64,000 bases of DNA from NCBI GenBank assembly GCA_964016885.1, contig OZ024752.1, positions 41,850,001 through 41,914,000 of the forward strand, written 5' to 3'. Position numbers and translations under genes: made by a program. Source of the DNA: Eledone cirrhosa (Eukaryota). Of the stretch, positions 40,999 through 56,265 are shown in pieces. The notes beneath the pieces are model-generated. The model was not told the DNA's origin. It searched no databases and saw only the letters and a program-made list of their open reading frames with translations. Within the stretch, counting starts at the first letter, position 1; each line of letters opens with the position of its first letter.

Positions 40999-41044
40999 CT
41001 AAACATTAATTCAACAAAACAATCCAAAAGAAAGTCATACCCCA

Positions 41045-41748
41045 CCTCTCTTTATCCTCACTCTTTCTCCCTCTCTCCTCCCATTCATTCTCTGTATCTC
41101 TCTCTCTCTCTCACTCTCTCTCTCACACTCTCTCTCTCTCATTCTTTCTCTCTCTCTCATTCTCTCTCTCTCTCTCTCACTCACTCTCTCTCACACACTC
41201 TCTCTCCTCCCATTCATTCTCTCTATCTCTCTCTCTCTCACTCTCACACTCTCTCTCTCATTCTTTCTCTCTCTCTCACTCTCACACTCTCTCTCTCATT
41301 CTCTCTCTATCTCACTCACTCTCTCTCACACACTCTCTCTCCTCCCATTCATTCTCTCTATCTCTCTCTCTCTCACTCTCACACTCTCTCTCTCATTCTT
41401 TCTCTCTCTCTCATTCTTTCTCTCTCTCTCTCTCTCACTCTCTCTCTCCTCCCATTCGTTCTCTCTATCTCTCTCTCTCTCACACTCTCTCTCTCTCACT
41501 CTCACACACTCTCTCTCTCTCTCACACACACTCTCTCACACACTCTCTCTCCTCCCATTCGTTCTCTGTATCTCTCTCTCTCTCTCATTCTCTCTCTCCC
41601 TCTCACTCTCTCTCTCACACACTCTCTGTCTCTCTCTCTCTCTCGCCTCCCATTCATTCTCTGTATCTCTCTCTCTCTCTCTCTCCCTCCCACTCTCTCA
41701 TCTCCCATTCATTCTCTGTATCTCTCTTTCTTCCTTTCTCACCTCCCA

Positions 41749-41791
<43 letters not shown>

Positions 41792-42420
41792 TCTCTCCCA
41801 CTCTCTCTCCTCCCATTCATTCTCTGTATCTCTCTCTCCCTCTCTTTCACACTCTCTCTTTCAGTCTCTCTCTCACTCTCTCTCACCTCCCATTCATTCT
41901 CTGTATCTCTCTCTCTCTTTCTTCATTTCTCACCTCCCATTCATTCTCTTATCTCTCTCTCCCTCTCACTCTCTCTCTCACACTCTCTCTCACACTCTCT
42001 CTCTCTCAGTCTCTCTCTCTCACACTCTCTCTCTCACACTCTCTCTCACACTCTCTCTCTCTCAGTCTCTCCCTCTAACTCTCTCTCTCACACTCTCTCT
42101 CACACTCTCTCTCTCTCTCAGTCTCTCTCTCACACTCTCTCTCTCTCTCTCAGTCTCTCTCTCACACTCTCTCACCTCCCATTCATTCTCTGTATCTCTC
42201 TCTCCCTCTCACTCTCTCTCTCACACTCTCTTTCTCACACTCTCTCACCTCCCATTCATTCTCTGTATCTCTTTCTCCCCCACTTTCTCTCCTCCCATTC
42301 TCTCTCTGTATCTCTCCTCCCACTATCTCTCTCTCTCTCAGCCCCCCCCCCCCACTCTTTCTTCCATTCTCTGTCTCATCTATTTCCCCCTATCTCTCTC
42401 TTTATCTCCCCCTCCCCCTG
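41045..42420. repeat. (CT)n compound repeat with recurring ctcccattcattctct
   Basis: Direct inspection; GA-rich equivalents at 24197-24570 and 53075-53415. Confidence 0.95.
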
Positions 42421-42790
42421 TCTCTACCTCCACCTTCCTCACATATACACACACCCACACTCCCACTGTCCAATTATCTAAACCCTCCAATATCTTTCTT
42501 CCTCCACCATTAACTACAACATCCTGGTCAGACTAGAAATAAATAAACTGCTGTCTTCTTTATTAGAATATATATATACATACATAGTATTAGTTATACT
42601 ATTTATGGTTATGTAAACACAAAACCTTAAGCAGTTGTAAGTATTTTACACACACCCTAAATAGTGGTAGGCAGTAATGTATTACTACCTTATTACCAGT
42701 AAGTTAAGTAGCTCAATGTAAAAACATCAGATGATTTACAGAGCAGTTATATGAAATATAAGAATCAAAGAACTGTTCAAAACATTATTG

Positions 42791-42837
42791 TGCTTACAGC
42801 TGTTTCCTCCAAACCGAGGTTTGGATTCTTCGGAGCA
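42791..42837 (-). ncRNA. Minimal type I hammerhead (C at position 4)
   Basis: TGCT-CCGAAGA-aTCCAAAC ctcg GTTTGGAg-GAAA-CAGCTG-TA-AGCA; palindromic ACAGCTGT stem III, GUA triplet. Confidence 0.7.
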
Positions 42838-43202
42838 ATTTATTAATGCATGGACAGTTATATGACCTCCTTTTCAGCCGAGAGACATACCAATACATAT
42901 TCAAACATTGATACATATTCAAACATTGTGGGTCAACATTCATTACAGAATTTAGAGTGGCAGTACACACTTCGAGATTACATTTATATTAATAGGTACA
43001 ATCAAAAATCAAAGATATAGGTTAAAGTACAACATGAAGATAAGTGGTTATATAGTGCAAATGTTATATGTGTGGCACGCATGTGCGTCTTGTTTATATA
43101 GTGTGGCAGAGAGATATGTGTGGTGGAGGCACTTAGGTAGGTAAATAAGAGTGTTAGGTTGGTAGATCTGGTGGCAAAGTCTTTATATGATTACATACAT
43201 AT

Positions 43203-43288
<86 letters not shown>

Positions 43289-43369
43289 GCGTTAAAAGAT
43301 CAGATACTGTACAAAAGACATTTGTGATTTAAATGGAAATAACATACATTTACATTAATAGATATATAC

Positions 43370-43437
<68 letters not shown>

Positions 43438-43443
43438 TATATA

Positions 43444-43878
43444 TCATCATCATCATCATCATCAACGTTTAACGTCTGTGTTCCATGCTTGCATGGGTTT
43501 GGACGGGGGTAGTCCCACTTTAGGCAAGAGTGATTGTCTTGCTCGCATAGGACTGTCTGGCAGGTTTTCTACAGTTGGATGCCCTTCCTAACACCAACCA
43601 CATTTACAGTGTGGGTCTGGGAGGTTTTTACCGTGTTGCCTACACGGCCACATTACAGCGTGGACTGTGTGTTTTTTTGTCGTGACACCTACACGATCTC
43701 ATTTGTTTTGGTCTGGATGTTGTGGCACCGACATAACTTTACATTGAAAGGGGTGGTGTGGATGGGGTGGGGGTGGTGGGACGGGGTGTATTTTGTTAGA
43801 GATGCCTACTGGCTGTAGTAGGTTTTACTATGTATTTAGGTAAGGCGGGTCTTCTCTGTTACTGAGTACCGCCAAAGG

Positions 43879-43883
<5 letters not shown>
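43444..43883 (-). mobile_element. Tail-C RTE-derived copy flanked by a long direct duplication
   Basis: Matches 51367-51790; ~85-bp unique block repeated at 43284-43367 and 43943-44026. Confidence 0.85.
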
Positions 43884-43946
<63 letters not shown>

Positions 43947-44084
43947 GCGTTAAAAGATCAGATACTGTACAAAAGACATTTGTGATTTAAATGGAAATAA
44001 CATACATTTACATTAATAGATATATATTATATATATATATACATATATATATATACATATATATATATACATATATATATATAC

Positions 44085-44175
<91 letters not shown>

Positions 44176-44186
44176 TATATATACAC

Positions 44187-44219
<33 letters not shown>

Positions 44220-44234
44220 TATATATATATACAC

Positions 44235-44365
<131 letters not shown>

Positions 44366-44398
44366 CACACACATATATATATATATACATATATATAC

Positions 44399-44447
<49 letters not shown>

Positions 44448-44566
44448 TATATATATATATGTACATATATACATATATATATGGTCATATATACATATAT
44501 ATATAGTCATATATACATATATATATATGGTCATATATACATATATATATATATGGTCATATATAC

Positions 44567-44601
<35 letters not shown>

Positions 44602-44611
44602 CATATATATA

Positions 44612-44659
<48 letters not shown>

Positions 44660-44663
44660 TATA

Positions 44664-44742
<79 letters not shown>

Positions 44743-44840
44743 ATGTATGCATGTGTATGTGTATATATACACACACAAACATATATTTAGCCCACTAAGT
44801 TAGGTAGTTAAATAATAAATATAAAATATGTTTACATATG

Positions 44841-44883
<43 letters not shown>

Positions 44884-45436
44884 CATACATATACATACAT
44901 ACATATATATATATACACACATACATGTATACTATATTAAAGTATTATAACAGAATGGTGATCATGTTTCTCAATTAAACGATATATTGCTCATACCCTC
45001 ACTCTATATATAAATATGTGCAGAGACCCAAGAAGACCTGCGATGATGTGATAAAAGCCTGTGATAAAAGCCGACCTTACCCAATTACACCTCTCAAAGG
45101 CGATGACACACGACCGTGATCTCTGGCGTCACGCGGTAATACAGAAGACCCCCCCCCCCCCCACGGGTACAAGCCGAAGCTGAAGCATATAGACAATATG
45201 ACCCCACACTCTCCCACACCCATAAATTATGTATACACACACACACATCACATATATATGTGACAACCTACTGCAGGCTAATGACAAGACATGAGGCTAG
45301 GACAAAATTTCTGCTTAGACAAAGCATGAAGATGAGGAACATGAAGTCTTCTGCATTACAAAGCAGTGTATCAGTATGAATTAGGATGTTGTTGTGGAGA
45401 AGGTCCGTTTGAAATTATGCTGGTACACTTAAGGTA

Positions 45437-45776
45437 TGGAGGCACATGGTTTAGTGGTTAGAACATTGGCTTTGCAATCGAAAGGTTGTGAGTTCAATTC
45501 TCAGACCGGGTGATGTGTTGTTTCCTTGAGCAAGACACTTTATTTCACATTGCTCCAGTTTACTCAGCTGTAGAAATGAGATGATAGGGACTGGGGTCCC
45601 TATCATTCCACTGCAAAGTGGCCGTGGAGGTGCCACGGCAAAAAAAAGCACCCAGCACTCGCTGTAAATGAGGTTGGTGTTAGGAAGGGCATCCAGCTGT
45701 AGAAATCAAGCCAGAATCAGTTCCCGTCCCACCCTTGCAAAAGCGGACGTAAAATGAAATGATGATGATGATGATG
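45437..45776 (+). mobile_element. SINE family 1 (tail A)
   Basis: Same head; tail cccgtcccacccttgcaa..gcggacgtaaaatg matches the 3' end of the LINE at 23880-23950. Confidence 0.9.
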
Positions 45777-46819
45777 ACAACATTTCTGATGCCCAAAAGA
45801 AATAAAAACTCCAAATGCTATCATGAGAGGTTGATAAATGTGGAGATTGAGTAGAAGAGAGATTATTTCTAGCTGACCCAACAGAGAGTCAAGCAATCCA
45901 GCTATTGATAGTTACAGATTCAAAGAAGTATACAGCTTCTGATAAAGCAACATCTTTTGACAAAAGAAACAAATACTTTTGTTATGCCCTATTGAAAGAC
46001 TGTGTTTATCCAGCTTAGAATAGGTACACCATATTCCTGCCTCTCATAAGATGTGAGAATTGGTCCCAAAAAGGGCATCTGACCATAAAACATTGCCTCA
46101 AAAAGATCCCAATGATAAATATGGGACTTAACTGGCTTTAGCAAGGAAAATGACCTTTAGCATTTACATTACTCTACATATGCTGTTGTATTTTTGTAGT
46201 AAAGGCTTTATCTTACATAATTATCTCACATAATATGGCCAGTTACGGCTGGTTTGAGCAGAAAGACGTGAGAGAATTCTGACCGGATACAGCCAGTTTA
46301 AATGCTAAAGGGTTAAAATAATTCTTGGTACACTGCATGTTGTTAGTATTTTTAAGCTAAATGAACATTTCTGAAAACTTCTACTCGTGTATAATATGAA
46401 CCCACATTTTTTGCTCATAATTTTAGTTTAAATCTTTTCATGTTATACACAAGAAACTACAGTAACTAGCATGAGTTTACCAGACAGAAATGTGTGCTTA
46501 AAAATAGTAGGTACTATCTGCTGAATCCGATTCCTGTGATTTCTCTCATGAGCCTCGCTTATCCCCCAAAGGAGACAAGATGGAAGATACTTGATTACAG
46601 ATCATAAAAGTATAACACAGATAAAGGGACTACTAGCTCCCCAGAACTGAAATATCTAATCTCCATTTTTTGTTTTTTATTACTACAATAGGAAGAGCTA
46701 GAGCACTGATAGACATCTGATAAGGTCTGTCGACAGAACAACAAAAACAATGTTGCTACACTATTATTGATAAGCACCTGGAACTACGAATAACAATAAT
46801 AGTATATTACATAAGGGTT

Positions 46820-47790
46820 TCTTATATAGGCACAAGGCCAGCAATTTTGGGGTAGGGGACAGGCGATTAAATAGACTCCCCCCCCCCCAGTGCGTGACTG
46901 GTACTTTATTTTATCGACCCCATAAGGATGAAATGCAAAGTTAACCTCAGCGGGATTTGAACTCAGAACGTAATGGGCCGCAACTCTATGCTACACAGCA
47001 TGTTGTCCGGTGCCCTACTGATACTGACAATCCACCAATTCTTTCTAACAGTGGCACAAGGCCAGAAATTTGGGGGAAAAGGAAAAGTTGAGTAAATCAA
47101 CAACAGTATATCACTGGTACTTTACATCGAAATAACTGTTTCTACTTTTTGGCACAAGACCAGCAATTACCCCAGTGTATTACTGGTACTTTATTTTATC
47201 GACCCCCGTAAGGATGAAAGACAGAGTTAACCTCGGTGGGATTTGAACTCAGAATGGCAAGGGCCGTAACCCTATGTGTCAAAGCATGGCGTCCGACCCT
47301 CTACCGATACTGCCAATCCAGCCCTTATATTACATCATCATCATCATCACCGTTTTACGTCCGTTCTTCCACGCTAGCATGGGTTAGACGGGTTGTCCTG
47401 TTGTGGGCAGTGTCTGGTCGGCTGACCATGCCTTGCTCATACAGGAACTGATCTGGCTTGATTTCTACAGCTGGATGCCCTTCCTAACACCAACCTCATT
47501 TACAGGGAGGGCTAGGTGCTTTTTCGTGGCGCCTACACGACCACTTTACAGTGTGGGCTGGGTGCTTTTTTGCCGTGGCACCTCCACGACCACCTTGCAG
47601 TGGGGGGTGTGGGGGCATATTGTCTATACATAATAATAATAATAATTGTTTCTACTTTTGGCACAAGCCCAGCAATTATCCCAGTGTATTACTGGTACTT
47701 TATTTTATCGACCCCGTAAGGATGAAAAGCAAAGTTAACATCAAAATATTGAAAGACAAAGTTGACCTTGGCAGGATTTGAACTCCGAAC
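46820..47790 (-). mobile_element. Cluster of SINE family 2 copies and a tail-B element
   Basis: Repeated actggtactttattttatcgacccc cores. Confidence 0.8.
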
Positions 47791-47840
47791 ACAAAGAGTT
47801 GGAAAAATATATGATTACATGCATATGAATGATGGTTATA

Positions 47841-47945
<105 letters not shown>

Positions 47946-47976
47946 ATATATATATAAGTATGTGTGTATATATATA

Positions 47977-48023
<47 letters not shown>

Positions 48024-48599
48024 GTGTGTGTAATACCTGTGTAAACAAACAGGACATAGAGACCAATGTAAATATATAATATATATGCGTGCATGTATAT
48101 ACATGCCTATATATGTATATACATGCCTATATGCATATTCTAAAAATATCATAGTATATATATATATATATATACATAACCCTCATTAATATGCATATAT
48201 ATATGTGAACTCCTACAATTTCAGTCTGTGACTTCAGACACATGTGTATGTATACATACATATACATATATATAGTTATATATATATATATATACACAGA
48301 CATACACATTAATGGTGCTAGTTGCAGTGTTGAAAATTCAAAAATTCAAGATAAGCAAGTGGCTAACTGAAATCTTCAAATTCTCTTGTAAATCAGTTCC
48401 ATAATTTATACCAACATTCCTTGGAAGTTCCTTGGAACTGATCTTCAATCATGCCAAATATCAATAAAGTTATTGATTATGTCTAATGTATGAGAATAAA
48501 TTGATTAGCAAGTACATAGGATAAATGAATATTTATCACTTCTGTTATCTGCCTTTTGACAGACACTTGCCTGATGGTATTAAGAACTAAAATATAGTA

Positions 48600-49455
48600 G
48601 TAATAATAATAATAATTGTTTCTACTTTAGGCACAAGGCCAGCAATTATTACAGTGTATTACTGGTACTTTATTTTATCGACCCCGTAAGGATGAAAGGC
48701 AAAGTTAACCTCGGCGGGATTTGAACTCAGATCGTAAAGGGACGTAACTATGCTGGAAAGCATGGCGTACGACCCTCTACTGATACTGCCAATCCACCGC
48801 CCATTATTATTAATAAATTATTATTAATAATAATAATAATGATTTCTAGTATAGGCACAAGGCCAGCAATTACCCAGGGCATTACTGGTACTTTATTTTA
48901 TCGAATAATGATTTCTAGTATAGGCACAAGGCCAGCAATTTTGGCAGAAGTTGATCACCATATTTCCCGGCGTCTAAGATGCTACTTTTTCCCTAAAATA
49001 AGTCTAAAAAATCTACCATTGCATCCTGGAGGCCGAAGGTTGTATTTATTTATTTTTTTTTTTTTAAATTTTGGTTGTCAAAATTAGGAATCCTCCTCGA
49101 GAACGATGCGTCTTCGGTGCCGGGAAATACGGTAAACCAACCCCAGTGTATTACTAGTACTTTATTATATCGATTCCCGTAAGGACGAAAAGCAAAGCTG
49201 ACCTCGGCAGGATTTGAACTCAAAACGTAAAGGGCCGTAACTATATACCGCAAATGATGTTGTTCAACACGTTTCCGATACCGCCAAAATAATAATAATA
49301 ATAATAATAGTTTCTGATTTAGGCACAAGGCCAGCAATTTTGGGAGAGAGGAAAGTTGATTAAATCAACCCCCAGTGCGTTACTGGTACTTTATTTTATC
49401 AATATCGTAAGGATGAAAGGCAAAACTGACCTTGGTGGGATTTGAACTCAGAACT
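48600..49455 (-). mobile_element. Cluster of full and partial SINE family 2 copies
   Basis: Repeated ggcacaaggccagcaatt tails and gatttgaactca B boxes. Confidence 0.8.
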
Positions 49456-49456
49456 T

Positions 49457-50189
49457 ATTACACCTCTCAAAGGCAATGACACACGACCGTGACCTCTGGC
49501 GTCACGCAGTAATACAGAGTACCCGACCTCCCATGGGTACAAGCTGAAGCATATAGACAATATGCCCCCACACCCTCCCACTGCAAGGTGGTCGTGGAGG
49601 TGCCACGGCAAAAAAAGCACCCAGCCCACACTGTAAAGTGGACGTGGAGGTGCCACGGCAAAAAAGCACCCAGCACTCACTGTAAAGTGGACGTGTAGGT
49701 GCCATGGCAAAAAGCACCCAGCCCACACTGTAAAGTGGACGTGGAGGTGCCACGGCAAAAAAGCACCCAGCCCTCACTGTAAAGTGGACGTGGAGGTGCC
49801 ACGGCAAAAAAGCACCCAGCCCACACTGTAAAGTGGACGTGGAGGTGCCACGGCAAAAAAGCACCCAGCCCACACTGTAAAGTGGACGTGGAGGTGCCAC
49901 GGCAAAAAAGCACCCAGCCCACACTGAAAAGTGGACGTGGAGGTGCCACGGCAAAAAAGCACCCAGCCCACACTGTAAAGTGGACGTGGAGGTGCCACGG
50001 CAAAAAAGCACCCAGCCCTCCCTGTAAACGAGGTTGGTGTTAAGAAGGGCATCCAGCTGTAGAAATCAAGCCAGAATCAGTTCCCGTATAAGCAAGGCAT
50101 GGTCAGCCGACCGGACACTGCCCACAACAGGACAACCCGTCTAACCCATGCTAGCGTGGAAGAACGGACGTAAAACGGTGATGATGATG
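49457..50189 (+). mobile_element. Tail-B RTE-derived copy with internal ~49-bp tandem array (about 9 units)
   Basis: Unit gtggacgtggaggtgccacggcaaaaaagcacccagcccacactgtaaa repeated over about 49577-50030. Confidence 0.85.
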
Positions 50190-51000
50190 TATGTTAGACT
50201 GTCGTAACTAAATGCTACAAAGCATTTTGGTTGGCCATCTACGGATTCTGCCAATCCACCAACTTGTTAACAATGGTTTCTGATTTAGGCACAAGGCCAA
50301 CAATTTTTTTTTTGGGGAGGGGGGGGGGAGTCGATTTAATTTACCTTTGTGCGCGACTGGTACTTTATTTTATTGATCATCTAAGGAACAAACTACCTGC
50401 ATCAGTTGTTAGCTGCCGGGACACTGCATCCTTTAAAACCTCCATGCTTCCAGAAATTTGCCAACACTACACCTGATATTCTATCTCTATATAGACGCAC
50501 ATATGTATCTGTGTGTATATCATGATTCATACACTTTCCTGATATTTGTACATTATTCTATGTACTATACATGCACTTTTGATGAATTGTAGTGCACCTG
50601 AGCACTGTAAACAATAATTTCATTATTATTATTATTATTATTAAATGGCAAAGCTAACCTAGGCGGGATTTGAACACAGATCAATTGAACACAGATCGTA
50701 AATTATAATAATATAAACTAAAATTTACACCTCACCTATAGCGGTTATAGGAAATAATATTTATTAATAAAACTGTCAACATTTTTTATGACATGGGTAC
50801 ACTATCTGTAAACTATATCAGATAAAAAGATCCAAAGAAAACCTCATTTGTAGTGTGACACTCAATGTAACCATATTTAGTGCTGTTAACACATTTGATA
50901 GATAAATGTTATACTCTATTAAATTACTTTACAACTATATTAAGACAGGTTTTCCCTTGAGATTATACTTATCTACCTTAGATTTTATACATATATATTT

Positions 51001-51343
51001 ATCATCATCATCATTTCATTTTACGTCCGCTTTTTCCCTGGTTGTAAGGGTGGGACGGGAACTGATTCTGGCTTGATTTCTACAGCTGGATGCCCTTCCT
51101 AACACCAACCTCATTTACAGTGAGTGCTGGGTGCTTTTTCGCCGTGGCACCTACACATCCACTTTACAGTGGAATGATATGGACCCCAGTCCCTATCGTC
51201 TCATTTCTACAGCTGAGTAAACTGGAGCAATGTGAAATAAAGTGTCTTGCTCAAGGAAACAACACATCGCCCGGTCTGAGAATTGAACCCACAACCTTTC
51301 GATTGCAAGGCCAATGCTCTAACCACTAAGCCATGTGCCTCCA
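51001..51343 (-). mobile_element. SINE family 1 (tail A)
   Basis: Near-identical to the 18354 copy. Confidence 0.9.
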
Positions 51344-51366
51344 TTATATATATGTATATATATATA

Positions 51367-51887
51367 TCATCATCATCATCGTTTAACGTCCATATTCCAC
51401 GCTAGCATGGGTTTGGACGGGAGTTTTCCCACTTGAGGCAAGAGTGGTTGTCTTGCTCGCATAGGACTGTCTGGCGGGTTTTCTACAGCTGGATGCCCTT
51501 CCTAACACCAACCACATTTACAGTGTGGGACTGGGAGGTTTTTACCGTGTTACCTACACGGCCACATTACAGCGTGGACTGTGTGTTTTTTTGTCGTGAC
51601 ACCTACACGATCTCATTTGTTTCGGCCTGGATGTTGTGGTACCAACATAACTTTACATTGAAAGGGGCGGTGTGGATGGGGTGGGGGTGTGTTTTGTTAG
51701 AGATGCCTACTGACTGTAGTAGGTTTTACTTTGTATTTCAGGTAAGGCGGGTCTTCTCTATTACTGAGTACCGCCAAAGATCTCGGTCCAGTGACATTGT
51801 CTTGGAGAGGTGTAAGTGTGTGAGGTCGGGATTTATCAGGTCGTCCCAGGTTTTTCTGGGTCTGCCTACTCCGTGGCTACCGTCTAT

Positions 51888-51890
<3 letters not shown>
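51367..51890 (-). mobile_element. Another RTE-derived family: ORF end plus middle domain plus tail C
   Basis: GRPRKTWDDLINPDL..DRDLWR on the minus strand; copies at 1299-1758, 18720-18950, 19828-19985(-), 25851-26065, 30975-31460, 43444-43883(-), 63267-63365(-). Confidence 0.85.
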
Positions 51891-51951
<61 letters not shown>

Positions 51952-51965
51952 TATATATATACTAC

Positions 51966-52382
51966 ATGGTGGCTGCCAACTCGTTTTCGAGTACGGCCAC
52001 TACTTTATATCCATGTAGGAGAACCCCTACCAATGGGCTGAACGAGTGTGACTTTTTAGTCCAGCCAGCGACTTGAAAACTCTGGTACAAACACTACACT
52101 TGTGACCATTATTGACACATAGTGCTGGGCCCATGGTACCATGTGACGACAAGTGCACAGAGATCTCCAGATATAAAGCAATGCCTGTGCTGTGAAGCTT
52201 TTATAGTGAGCAAAGGCACAGCACAAAGCCAGTCCCACTCAGGGTTGCAGGTGTTATATCAGAGTTTTCCTTCTCCTAGAATTCTGCCTTGACAAAGGCT
52301 AAGGGGTCATCTCTCCCGGTGATTTTGGATGGCCATTGACTCTTAAGAGCTCCTTTGCCCTTTGACAGGTTTTGTTTTTAGT
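51966..52382 (-). mobile_element. Copy of the 12022 family with an internal deletion
   Basis: Near-identical but lacks the tcttaaccaagat..ggataccatc block. Confidence 0.8.
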
Positions 52383-52410
52383 ATATAAATATACATACAC
52401 ACATATATAT

Positions 52411-52457
<47 letters not shown>

Positions 52458-52546
52458 TATATATATACACACACACATATATATATACACACACATATAT
52501 ATATATATACACACACATATATATATATACACACACATATATATAT

Positions 52547-52577
<31 letters not shown>

Positions 52578-53092
52578 CACACACATATATATATACACAC
52601 ACATATATATATATATACACACACATGTATATATATACACACACACATATATATATACACACACACATATATATATATATACACACACACATATATATAC
52701 ACACACACTCATATATATATATACACACACATATATATATATATATACACACACACATATATATATACACACACACACATATATATATACACACACACAC
52801 ACATATATATACACACACACACACACGTGGGTGTAAGTGTCCCATACATCTGTCGCGTTTTCTAATGTAAATAAACACACGTACACATACATGTATGTGT
52901 GTATTTATTTAAGTATATTTATATATATATACACACACCCACACACACATAAAGTATATATATTTATATATATATATACACACACCCACATAAAAGAAGC
53001 TGAATAAGCCATCTCTTGTTTGTAAAAAAGTCTTTTATTCCTGACCGAGATGATACACCACCACCACCGTTCATAGAGAGAGGGGGGAGGGG

Positions 53093-53124
<32 letters not shown>

Positions 53125-53160
53125 GTGACAGAGAGAGAGAGGGAACGAGAGAGAAATGGT

Positions 53161-53196
<36 letters not shown>

Positions 53197-53689
53197 GAAA
53201 GGGTGAGAGAGAACGAGAGAGAGATGGTGAAAGAGAGAGAGAGAGAGGATGAAAGAGAGTGAGAAAGGGTGAGAGAGAGAGAGAACGAGAGAGAGATGGT
53301 GAAAGAGAGTGAGAAAGGGTGAAATAGAGAGAGAGGGAGTGAAAGAGAGAGAGAGAGAGATAGGGTGAAAGAGAGAGTGAAAGAGAGAGAGAGAGAGGGT
53401 GAAAGAGAGAGAGAAAGGCACACATACACACACAAGAAACAACGATTGTTAATTTCACTTTCTCAGCTCTATCTGTGTGTGTTTTCGTGTGTGTGTGTGT
53501 GTGTGTGTGTGCGTCCTTCTCATTTCCCACTCACTCCATCTTTCTCACTCCCCCTTCTGTCCGTTATTCTCTCCCCCCCCCCCCCCACCCCTTCTACACA
53601 CTGCGTTTCTTCCTCTTCCCTAGTCCACTATTTCTCCGCCTCTAACCACGTTATTACCCTCCCCCCTCTCTCTGATTACACACACACAC

Positions 53690-53726
<37 letters not shown>

Positions 53727-53907
53727 CTCTATCTATTTTCGTCCTTCTTCCCTAGCTCTCTTTCCTCCTTTATTTCTCACTTCCTTCCATTCTTCATCTC
53801 CTCACTTTGCCACCTCCATTCTATTCCACCCAGGAAATGATGTAAGTCCACAGAGGTTATGTCACCCTTATCTCTGACTAATAAAGCTGTCTAGAACAGC
53901 AAAACAG

Positions 53908-54330
53908 ATAGATATATTTCTTTATTAGCCACAGGGGCACAAAAGAAGGGGACAAATACAAAGGGGGAAGTTTACATACAATAAAAACGTGTAAAATGTT
54001 ATCACAAATGGAATTTAAAAAGTTAGTCGATTTTCCCCAATAGAGGGAGACAGTTTATATGGGTAACACATACCCACGAAAAAAAATGTGCAACCCTCAT
54101 CTCCAGGAGTACGAAGAGTTTGTACTCCTTTCCTCTGCTCCTCCTTTTCCTCAACCTACAGGCTGATATAGAGAGAAGGCCCATTCACTCGGGCCATTCT
54201 CGCCACTTTCACCCACCTTTCATAAAACTTGCTGGGGTACAGCACCTCTCTCTCCATCCTGATTCTTCTTCCAAAGTGGTATTTGAAAAAAAGAATCAGT
54301 TGTTGGCCGGAGAGAAAGGTGTCTGACCTC
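53908..54330 (-). mobile_element. Non-LTR retrotransposon 3' fragment, possibly L1/Tx1-like
   Basis: ORF end FFKYHFGRRIRMEREVL..FYERW, 3' end ..gtggctaataaagaa; relatives at 14862-14905(+) and 59532-59830(-). Confidence 0.55.
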
Positions 54331-54711
54331 AGATAGATATATAGATAGATAGATTTCTTTATCCCACGTAGTCTCAAATGCTGGATGGAGAAGAAAGAAC
54401 TCCAAGCGGTTTGGGTGATATCGAACCAAGTACTTATTTGATTGGTGTCTTTTTTATTTTTTATTCTGGAGAGGTAGGGGGGGGGGGGGTCCTGGATTTA
54501 TAGTCTGGTAGGGTTTTTCTGACTTGGAGAAAGAAAGAAAGATGGGTTCCGCCAAGTTTAAAATGTTCCCAAAACGCTGTATGTCAGTGATGCTGACTTG
54601 TTTCTAAACCCTATGTTGACTGTCTTTCCAATTACCATGTTTCAAATGAAAGACATAAATAATTTTCAAAATAATCCAGAATTTGAAGGAAATTAGTATT
54701 ATATATATATA

Positions 54712-55082
<371 letters not shown>

Positions 55083-55242
55083 CGCACATTCAATTTGGGT
55101 TGTGAATGGTTGCATATACACTCACTCATCTGAATAGATTTGTGTATATGTAATATAGAATATGTGTAGAGTGCTCAATAGATTTGGTATATATAGTCCT
55201 GTATAAACTTCGAGATGACTATAAGGCAGACACACGCAATTG

Positions 55243-56115
55243 TATGGATTTCTTAATATATATATATATATGTGTGGGTGTGTATATGTGTGTATATATA
55301 TGTGTGTGTATGTATATATATATATATCATGGATTTCTTAATATATATATATGTGTGGGTGTGTATATGTGTGTATATATATGTGTGTGTGTATGTATAT
55401 ATATATATATATGTGTGTGTATATATATATGTGTGTTTGTATATATATATATGTTGTACATGTGTATATACATCATGGATTTCTTAATATATATATGTGT
55501 GTGGGTGTGTATATGTGTGTATATATATGTGTGTGTGTATGTATATATATATATATGTGTGATTGTATATATATATGTGTGTTTGTATATATATATATGT
55601 GTTTGTATATATATATGTGTGTATATGTGTACATATACACACATATATATATGTTGTACATGTGTATATACATCATGGATTTCTTAATATATATATATGT
55701 GTGGGTGTGTATATGTGTGTATATATATGTGTGTGATTGTATATATATATATATATGTGTTTGTATATATATATGTGTTTGTATATATATATATATATAT
55801 ATGTGTGTGTATATGTGTACATATACACACATATATATATGTTGTACATGTGTATATACATCATGGATTTCTTAATATATATATATGTGTGGGTGTGTAT
55901 ATGTGTGTATATATATGTGTGTGTGTATGTATATATATATATATGTGTGTTTGTATATATATATATATGTGTGTTTGTATATATATATGTTTTTGTATAT
56001 ATATGTGTACATATACACACATATATATATGTTGTACATGTGTATATACATCATGGATTTCTTAATATATATATGTGTGGGTGTGTATATGTGTGTATAT
56101 ATATATGTGTGTGTG

Positions 56116-56162
<47 letters not shown>

Positions 56163-56265
56163 TTGTATATATATATATATGTTTGTATATATATATATGT
56201 GTGTATATATGTGTACATATACACACATATACATATATATATGTTGTACATGTATATATACATCT
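55243..56265. repeat. Higher-order TA/TG repeat (~190-bp units)
   Basis: Anchors catggatttcttaat and gttgtacatgtg. Confidence 0.85.
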
